The notes under the pieces were generated by a model that saw nothing but the letters and a program-made list of their open reading frames with translations, searched no databases and was not told the DNA's origin. Made by a program: the position numbers and the translations under genes. A stretch of 33,209 bases of DNA from Blastocystis sp. subtype 4 (lineage: Eukaryota): the NCBI RefSeq assembly GCF_000743755.1, contig NW_014569450.1:1-33209 (forward strand), read 5' to 3'. Positions 10,503 to 19,807 of this stretch are shown here, piece by piece. Numbering within the stretch: position 1 is the stretch's first letter; every line of letters begins with the position of its first letter.

Positions 10503-12777
10503 ATGGGTAACTGGCTTCTGGATTGTTTTGTGGATGAAACGAGCCTTCCTCAAGGCATTCATGGAATGGTGAGAGAATAATCGTAATCTCATTCTTTAGG
10601 TTCAGTTGTTCTATCTCTTTGGCTTGTATGCATTCCTCTATACCCTTGGTTGCACATATCTGAATAAAGCAAATGACAAACTTCTAATCTTTCCCAAGAA
10701 TGAATCTCTTGTTGGTTCTGTGATTATTCCTCTTCTCAGCTCATTTCCTGATGTGATTGTCAGTAAGTCTATTGAATCATTTGATTACGATAGTTTTCGC
10801 CTCTGCATTCTCCAAGTTCAATGATGTCTCCACTTATATTGGAATCGGAGTGGGAGCCATGGCAGGGAATGTCAATTTAGGAATAACGATTCCATTTATC
10901 TTGGGGTACAACGCAGAGTAGTGGGTGAAGAAATAGAATATGGTTCTCCTCCATTCCTCTTTCGAAGTTGGGACTTCCTGACTACAAACGAAAGAACGAG
11001 AAAGCTTCTGTAAGTATATAGAAAGAATTTAACGTAGATTTGGAAGAGTGGTTGTGGAACAAGTGAGATTGTTAAATACAACAATATCTTGATCGCTATT
11101 TCGTCGGTTCCACTCCTGATTCTTCTTGTTCTCGTAGTTCATAGCATTGAGTAATAGATCGCTTCCTTTATGATGGGAACCTATACTGGAAAAGAGAACT
11201 CCTATTTTCACATTGTTCTATTGATCGTATTCGTAATGGCATCAGTAATGTTTTGTATCTATCTCCTTGTTGAGTATTTCTATTTTGGAAGGAGTGAAGT
11301 ACTGATTAGAATCCGAAATCACTAATAGCTTACGGTTCAGCGTCGTGAATTGCTTCTGATTGATAATATTGAAAGTGGGCTGCTTTCTCTCTATGATGTA
11401 TTCTACCAGCTTCTTTATGTTCATTCTCTTGGAATGTGTCATTTCTAGTCACCTCATTCAAAACGATCTGTAGTTAATTACAAACTGTTTATGAGCGTCG
11501 TTAAGAGGTTTTTCAACCAGTATGCATTTGTTCCTGCCGATATTTCGAATGATTGCGATCTGAATACGATCCTTGGAGAAACATCATCTACGCCCGTCTC
11601 ACCATATGTCAAAGGAATGAAAGATTCGTGTACTCCAACTTCTCACAGGGAGTCCATTGATATGGACAACTCTCCATTGAAAGATGTTGAAACAACACCA
11701 AGTGCTGCGGACCGAAGACGAGTGGTTGACTTGTATTCCCTAAAGTGTTTATTCCAGGATGTAGGCTGTAAAGTGAATCTAACAGATTTGTATCGTATTG
11801 TAGTTCTTACTATTCGTTCTAAATGATAGACAAATCAGTCTCTATTTGATTTTGAAGCATTCTATGATCTGTTGATTGATTGCTTTACCATGTCCCTTGT
11901 AGATGATCTGAATATCAATATCGAAGATACACCTCATGATGAAGATCATTTGGACACAACACTTCAGGATCCAAATGATCTTTCAATCAATCTGAACGAA
12001 AAGGTTCAGTATGCATTTGTTGATGAAGATATTGCCAATTTCCATACAGATCGATTCTATTCCATCAAACATCATCTGATGTCAGAAGATTACTACAGAA
12101 CGGATAATGAGACTGAAGACAGACTTCTTCTTGTTTCAAATGTCGATGAAGAGTTTATTAAGCGTAGTCAGTTGTGCACAGACAGTGCAAGTACTGTCAT
12201 CATTTCTAGCTGTCTTAACACTAGAGTATTGTCGAGGAGATTCGAGATTATGCACCTGATCAACAACAACATGCCATGTGGAAGTATAGTATTTATTATC
12301 TTATCCTTGGAGGCATTCATTCCAACATCTGGTGTTATCCTCTTTGTAATGCTCTAGGTGAATTGAGTTTACGAATGGGGGTTTCAACATTCTTTGCTGG
12401 ATATGTCTTTTCTGCGGTGATTGCTTATTGGTCGGATTATTTCGATATCCCTCGCTGGGCAAAGCGGAAATCCATGCGATCCACGACTTGTATTATGTGT
12501 TATCTGCAAGGAAGTATAATTGTAATGAATTCTCTCGATATTGCTTGTTTTTGTGGAATTATGTATTTTCGAAGGATTCGGTGGGAATTCACATCTGCGA
12601 TTCTCTCCATGCTTCTGACCGAAATGGTTCTTTTGTGGATCACTTCCCAGGAAGTGATTAAGAAATGGTACGAGAGTGAATGGAAGTGAATGGTGTAGGA
12701 ATGCCTTGATTGTAGTGGGAGTTGTCCTGCTGGTTATGGCTCTGAGTTATTATCTTCCTCAGCTAGGTATTTTGTAA
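10503..12777 (+). CDS. NCL-type (plant/protist EF-hand class) Na+/Ca2+ exchanger-like membrane protein
   Basis: LVGSVIIPLLSSFPD and IGVGAMAGNVNLGITIPF match the NCL alpha-1 repeat (GGLxLPxLGAxPD, VGxLAGSxxxxLTIPW); second TM cluster LSLRMGVSTFFAGYVFS...IRWEFTS; TAA 12775-12777; TGTTTGTT 12786-12793. Confidence 0.75.
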
Positions 12778-12837
12778 GTTTAATGTGTTTGTTGATTGAG
12801 ATTATTTGATTACAAATCTCTTCACGTCCTACTAAGA

Positions 12838-15390
12838 ATGGAAGCAGAGACTGAACAAGAGAAGAAAGTCTCGCCTCGAAGGGTCTATCCTGTAAATGAA
12901 GTCAAGAATATGGACATGATCCGATTGTACTATATTTCTTGTTTTTGATTAGTCAGACGTAATGTAAATTCCGTAGAAAAGGCTGTGATACTGCATAATG
13001 AAAAGGGAGAGGATTTGGATTGTTCCGTCTCTGAGACTTCTGATGGAGAAGATTGGTATAAATCATATTGTTAGTGATAGGTAGTTGTTTACCAGTCCAT
13101 GAATTGAAGCGAGTCAAGATATCTGAAATCATGGGTATCTCAATTCCCAATTCAATCTGGAAACGTTCTAAATTACCTATGGACGGTAATAATGATATGA
13201 GTACAGATATTCCATTGCCAGGTCCTGTATTCTCCTCTCCAATTGATACATTGTACCGTAAATACGGAGTAAGCGAGGCTGAATCGAGAGTAATCAGTGA
13301 GGAGAAAGAGTATTTAAAAGGAATGGTGATAAGGTGTAGGCAGAGGATGAATGAAGAGGCACGAGAAATAATTGAAAAGAAAGTGGAAGCGAATCGAGGG
13401 ACTTCGGATTCAGTAGTATTGTCGACTCTTCTCTCTGTAAGTCCTCTGGTTCGCTTTTGATAGAAAGGCTTATCGATGGTGGGATGATAATAGTGCTAAT
13501 ACAAAATGGAAAAACATTCAGTATTTACCAGTTGAGTTCAGTTCTACCTATACTCCTCACCATTGTCCATTAATATATAATAATTCTCGGTATGAATTAA
13601 CTCCAGAACAGGAACAATTGTGGAATGTATACTGTCGCTCGCCTAGTCTTCGATCCTACTTCCCAGAAGTGTTAAAATTGTGTCAGGAGGAGATGAAAGA
13701 CACTGTTACAATTGAGTCGTTGGATCAAGTGGATTATGTCAAATATCGATCTTTAGTTAATAAAAGTCAGCCTCCTGTTCTTAGTCAATATGTTATTGCA
13801 GATCATCGATTGCGGGGAGTTCGATATCTGAATCCTCTATGTCAAAAAGTTCACACGGTCAACGATGAAATTCTGTTTATTGTATTGGATTTACAGAAAT
13901 ATTTCTGATTTCTAGAATCCCCCAATAGAAGAAGAGATTCGCTTGAATGGATGTCTCGATACTGTATTTCCTCCCGCTTCTCAGGGACATAATTGGAACA
14001 CGGTGACAGTAAATCCAGAGAGTTGTGAGTTGATGGAGTGTGTGGTGAAAGAGTATGGTTGGAAAATGAGTGGAGCAGATCTTTCTCTTCAGGAATGGAT
14101 CAGTAATCGTGATTTCTTTGATACAGCAAGGTCATTTCGAGATCATTATGCCTCTTTTAAGTCCTTCATTGCCTTTGGAATCTCTAATTCAAATCTGTCT
14201 CAAAGGTAGAATAATTCCTTTCTATGGACTGTAGACAGCTTGCTACGATGCTGTGGTTTCTGGATTATCTGCTGATTCCCGCGGTGAAGAGCAATCATGA
14301 TTTGTGCAACCTAACCGTGAATTCTGTTCATCTATCCCATCCTTGTAACCTTACATTGACGGATGTATCGTTTCCTTGCCAATTAAGGAACATGATCGAT
14401 GTATTGTTGAGATAAGAATGTCAGATAGTTATTGCAATTTCCAGATGGAGAGATGGTATATAAGAATCTAAAGGAATTCTGTAATAATAAAAAACCAACT
14501 GATCTGGTCTTTGACAAATTGAATGTACATTTTCGGTTTATTTTTGTCTAGTAGAAAGAGTTGGTGCAAACTGAACTAGAATCGTTGCTACCGGGCTTCA
14601 CATATCCCATCTTCCTTTCATTCGTGTTTTCGTCCATTTTCAACGAAATGCTTCGTTTTCCACTTCCCTCCACTTGTTCTGACAATCACAAGATTCAATT
14701 CTTTCACAGAGCATGTATTGAGTTGGTAAAGGCAGTTCGAATCGATTCGAGTACTCTAGATTCGTATTTAGATCGAAAAGAGAAAATCAAGTTGCGGAAG
14801 CATCAATTGAAGGAGTTGGAGAAATGGAAACGAATTGTGGAGAAGGGAGGAGAGATTCCACTGTTTTCTGAGGACGAACGGAAAGGAATTGAACAATCAG
14901 CAGATGTGATTGAAAAAGAGGAGCGAAAGTCGAGGAAACGAGCATATCGTGAAGAAAAGAAGCGAAATCCAACGTTATCGAAACGAGAGTTCAAAAAGGA
15001 ATGGATTGAAAGAATGCGTATGAAGGAGGAAGAGAGACGAAAGGTTATGAAAGAGAAGAGTCATTACTTTGCCGAGAAGCCATCAAAAGATCGAATCATG
15101 AAGCGAATTGATCATTGGGAAAAGGAGTTGGAGGAGTTGGAAGAAGATTACGAGAAGGAAGTGAGATTAGAAGGACGTAGTGATTGCGTAGGAGGTTCTG
15201 GCTTTGAAAACGAGTAAGAGACAAGTGTTATCAAAGGTAGATCCTCGAATCATTATTTGCTGGTGTAAAGTCGTAGGAGAATGAGAAATGATTGATTGAT
15301 AGAATGATATTTCTGTTGAGGATATGTGCTCAAACAAGTTTGTTCTTAAGAATACTTGGGCAATGGAAACTCCTTCCACTTTCGTTTACT
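12838..15390 (+). CDS. DNA topoisomerase IB-like protein, predicted catalytically inactive; at least 9 short introns; stop codon completed by polyadenylation
   Basis: Colinear Top1 motifs: YRWWDD, TKWKNIQY...YELTPEQE, PPASQGHNW, FDTARSF, RQLATMLWFLD, VYKNLKEFCNNKKPTDLVFDKL, KIQFFHRA, charged coiled-coil linker, DPRIIICWCK, TWAM. In-frame T at 15390 is followed by 4 nt and TGTTTGTT (15395-15402). Confidence 0.85.
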
Positions 15391-15447
15391 GGATTGTTTG
15401 TTCTATCATGCTTGGTTCCTTTAACACACAAATGGGAGGATAAAGTA

Positions 15448-17882
15448 TTAGAATCCTTCCTTGCTGGCTTGTTCAATAATCTCATCCATCTGAGCTTGGA
15501 TGGAACGAGGAATGCCTTGAACTTTGACATTCAAGAAGCCACGAATGATGACAGAAATAGCCTCATCTTCCGTCATTCTTCTGGTCATCAAGTACTCAAT
15601 CTTATCTTTCGCAATCTTTCCAATTGCAGCTTCATGAGACAATTCAGTACCATATCCACCACTGATTTGTGGAATGGAATGAATAACACCCTTTCCTTCA
15701 TTCACTACGAGTCCCTGACACTCAATATGGCCCTTCGTGTTCTCTCCAAACCCTTGAATGTCAGCACGAGCATAAATCTCGCCTCCTTTGCTGATCGTAC
15801 GAGTAATACTCTCACTACGAGAACCCTTTCCCTTCAAAAGTGCTCGACTTCCAATATCCAATACCGTACCTTCTTTAGCAAGCAAAACAGAACTGAATTT
15901 GGCTACTGAATTCTCACCACGTAGATCAGCTACAGGACACATCTGCACCTTGATAACAGGCTCCAGACACACATAATTGCTATAAAATACGCCGTTATCT
16001 TCAACAATAGCACCACTTCGAGGTAATGCCACATAGGAGTTACACCAAGTATGAATCGAAAAATCAATAATTTAATGCAACACCTACCATACTAAAGCAT
16101 AACTCTGAGTCTTTCTCAACATAGAACTCAGAAACACCATAATGTTTTCCTCCGACAATGTATTCATGATTGTCTTTTGAACCACAATGATAAGTACATG
16201 TTGAAGCAACAGTGAGTTGCGATCCAGGCATAGAAATCAAAAGATTATGAACGTACTGCATCTGATTGTTCTCCATAATCAATTGACTATTCACTGGATG
16301 CTTGGACTTAGCACCTGGATGAGCAATAATCACATAGCCAGTAGGATCCTATCAATGAGAATAGAATAAGGAATAAACCTTCTTATCATTCTCTGCTACA
16401 GCACGTGTAACTTCGTCTTTCTCTGAATCCAAAGCTCTCCACATATACTTGTCTACTCATCATTAGTAATATCAATCCTGACGAATCCAATCATATTTCT
16501 GGAGTGCTTTACGAAGAGACAACACTTCAATACCATCATCATAAGACTCAAACTCTTCTACAACCTGGTCTCGCTGACGATAGGCACCTCCATAAACATC
16601 TATGATCAATCGATTTCATTTCACCTACCAACTTCATTTGTGTCCACCATCACCTTCTTGTTCTCCTCCTTCACATTCACTTTGACCTGATCTCCTTCCA
16701 AGAATGCATCATCACTCACAGAACTCACATTATCCAGGAGAGTCTTCACAGGAGTCTCGACTTGAAGAGGTTCTTCCTCCATTAGACTCAACTGTTGTTC
16801 CTTTGTGGAACTGGTCATGAATGCATCCAACAGACTTGCTGGCTTCTTTACATCCTTACAAGCACAGATTCGATGCTTCACCATTCCATGCTTCTCTTGC
16901 TCAGGACAGTGACAACAATCCTTGTTACAGACTAAATTGCGGAAATAGCTATGAATTATGGACTCCTTAAATTCGTACTCAAATCCTTCTTCTGCAATCA
17001 TATTGAAAAACACTTGTTCGTCTCCAGTGCATGCGATATATCCATCGACTAACACATGAGCCACAGTTCCATGCATATAATCCAGAATACTACCCGTATG
17101 TGTAATGACTACGAATAAGAATGAAATCACAATCAAACTGATGGTCGCAGAATGTACACCATTGACTTCACGGTCTTGTAAAGCCGAAAGAGCTCTTCCT
17201 AGAGATTGGGTAGAAGGAGGAACACTTACCTAACACACGAACTGATTGGAGGTCAACTCCACTCTCTGGTTCATCGAGCATCGATAACACTGGCTTCTGG
17301 AGGAGCAACTGCAAAGCCTCACAACGCTTTCTCTCACCTCCAGAAAAACCCACATTCAGATCACGGTCCCAGTGATCCTCCATTGTCGTAGTCTTCTTTA
17401 CGGCATCAATGTCTGTATGTCATTTCTACTACAAAGGTCATACATTCCTTGTCATTATCAGCGAAGGCATGACTAATCAGCCTATTCAAAGGCAGACCAT
17501 CAATCTCAGGAGGGTTCTGAAACAGCATTCCCATTCCCATAACTGAACGATCCGAAACCTAAGCATTAATCAACCTTCCACATGTCCAACAGGCGAATAG
17601 GTGACATCTTTGCCTAGAAATGTAATGGATCCCTGGGTAACCTTGCAGTCACTAGAACCATCAACTTTCCAAACATTTCCACTACCTTAATCCCATCAAT
17701 GTCTTAATGAAAGTACTCTTTCCAGAACCATTAGGTCCAAAGAGAATATGAGTCTCTCCCGGATAGATTGACATGGTGATTCCCTTCAATACCTCCTTTC
17801 CAGCGATTTCGACGTGTAAGTCCTTTACTTCAAGAATAGGTTCTATAATCAAGCTTCTCCACGCTTTCCTACGCTGACTCAT
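15448..17882 (-). CDS. sufCB: Fused SufC-SufB (SufCB / SmsCB) Fe-S cluster assembly scaffold, archaeal type
   Basis: One spliced ORF with about 11 introns. SufC ABC ATPase (GPNGSGKS, FSGGERKR, LSMLDEPESGVD, ITHTG), Cys-rich linker CNKDCCHC, then SufB (GIEVLSLRKALQKYDW, VHN, HYGVSEFYV, GHIECQG, LSHEAAIGKI, EAISVIIRGF). TGTGTGTT on the - strand at 15423-15430. Confidence 0.95.
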
Positions 17883-18029
17883 GTTTACAACCAAAAATAA
17901 TTTGAGTAGAGTCAACGATTGTGAGCAGCTGCTTTCGAAGACAACCGTTTTCTCTACGAATCTGACCGAAATTTGATAAGTTAGTTCAACAAACACATTG
18001 CAGCAAGCTACGCCAAACCAGGAACACTT

Positions 18030-19072
18030 TTACTTCCCATTAGCCTTCGCCTGCAACACTTTAAGAACAATACAAACCACTATAATTAGGACCAATACAG
18101 CGATAATAGTATAGGGACGAGAAGATTTCTTGTATTCCTCTGCTTTCACTACCTGCTGCAGACCTTCCTTCACTTTCACGACAGCTTGGTCCATATTATA
18201 ATCGATACGATCTACGATGGTTCCCTGCTCGATAACTAGTTGATTAAGATCTTTGAAGATTTGGGCCAATTCCTGAGCACTCTTTGCTACACATTATCTA
18301 CCACACTCATAATTACCAATCTGCTGAATTTCCTGCTCTCTCGATTGTGTTTCCTTTCGCATCATGTCCATAGCTCCCTTCTGTGTCTGATTGAAGCCAG
18401 TTTCCAGAAGATCATCATCAGCACCCGTTGTCTACTCATCATCAACAACGGCTAGTCCCACATCCACACTCCGAAGCTTTTGGAAAAACTGTTTTTGCTT
18501 CTTTCTGTATGCCATGGAAAGCTCTTGCAGACGACTTGCTAAGCCTCTAGAATCAAATCATTCAATAACACCCACTTCTGTACATTCTTGAAGATACGAG
18601 CTTCAGTTTCGTTCGTATATTCTATTTGTCACAGGGAGAGACTATAAGTACGCCTCTTCTGAAGATTCTTCAATCGGGACTCGCATTTGTGGAACATACG
18701 AGTGAGGTTCTGTGTATAGCTAGCAATTTGGGCATCGCACTGCTTGATCTTATCATCAAACACGGCAGCCACTCGATCCTTGTAAATGTTTTCGAGAGCT
18801 CCAACTAGCTGATTATCCTCAAAATTTAGTTGATTACGTTTCTTATCAATCTCGTCAAGATCAGCGCGCACTCGTTCAATGTCTTCAACCCAGTAAGGGG
18901 CGATTGACTCTTCTCCCATTGTCTGCCTATATATAAATGGTAAAAACAATAACACGCACATCTCCCCTCCAATAAGAGCAGTATTTGCCGACGAAGAGGG
19001 ATTCATCGGTCTTTTGCGTCCTGCTCCTTGACGGTATTTGTTAAACTCTGGAGTCAAATTTCTGGTTGCCAT
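18030..19072 (-). CDS. STX16: Syntaxin-16 (Qa-SNARE, Tlg2/SYP4 family)
   Basis: N-peptide MATRNLTPEF, APYWVED, SNARE motif LAQIFKDLNQLVIEQGTIVDRIDYN, C-terminal TM; TGTTTGTT on the - strand at 17988-17995. Confidence 0.92.
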
Positions 19073-19363
19073 GATGTAATATTCAATCGAATTTCTCCGA
19101 TAACAAGTCAATATCTAAAGATACACGATTTCAAAGTTTTGCATGTTCAGTGAATCATGTCATCTTGATTATTATAACAGTCATCTGAACTACAAAACAC
19201 ATATATCAGCGAATTCAATTCGCTAACAGTGTGTGAGTGAAACGAATGAATGAGTTCAAGACAGTGTACTAGTTTGCAGACATGGCGATCCCTCCAAATC
19301 AGTACAGGGAATGGTTAACAAACAACTCATAAACAGAGTTTCACCTCAATATGCACCAACGGA

Positions 19364-19598
19364 TTAATGATACTAAAACATCACCCACCTCTCTACAATC
19401 AATTACATGAATGAATCCAATCTTAGGAGCCTGCTCACGGAAACAACGTCTGCAGAGCATGAGATCGTACTTACGAATCAAACCACGGCGGTTACCACAG
19501 GCACGGCTATACAAATCAACGACTACATACGAATAAATCTACCAGCAACGAGAACCGGGACCGTATTCACGAGGATGAGAATAATCGAGGCTAGGCAT
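19364..19598 (-). CDS. RPS29: 40S ribosomal protein S29 (uS14); not in the ORF track
   Basis: Removing 36- and 34-nt introns gives [62 protein letters not shown] on the - strand at 19317-19324. Confidence 0.95.
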
Positions 19599-19807
19599 AT
19601 TATCTAAAAGGGGGGTTACACAAAATACCGCAAGTAAAAACAAGCAACCCTACTCCAATCTAGAAACTCCAAAACTATGGAGCTCAGGTGAAGGGCGATT
19701 CAAAGGAGTTTCTTTCACCTAATTCTCCTCTTTTTCTGTCATATGTGCAGTTATTAGTTGATTATCAATGGATTAATAATTGAATGCTATTTCTTCATGT
19801 TTATAGT

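Noticed and set aside
15292..15909. 205-aa + strand ORF
   Set aside because: Antisense shadow of the SufB exon. It crosses the Top1-like poly(A) element in a different frame and has no recognisable motifs.
15448..17882. SufCB as prokaryotic contamination or a chimeric join
   Set aside because: It has host-type short introns, a host poly(A) element and seamless eukaryotic neighbours.
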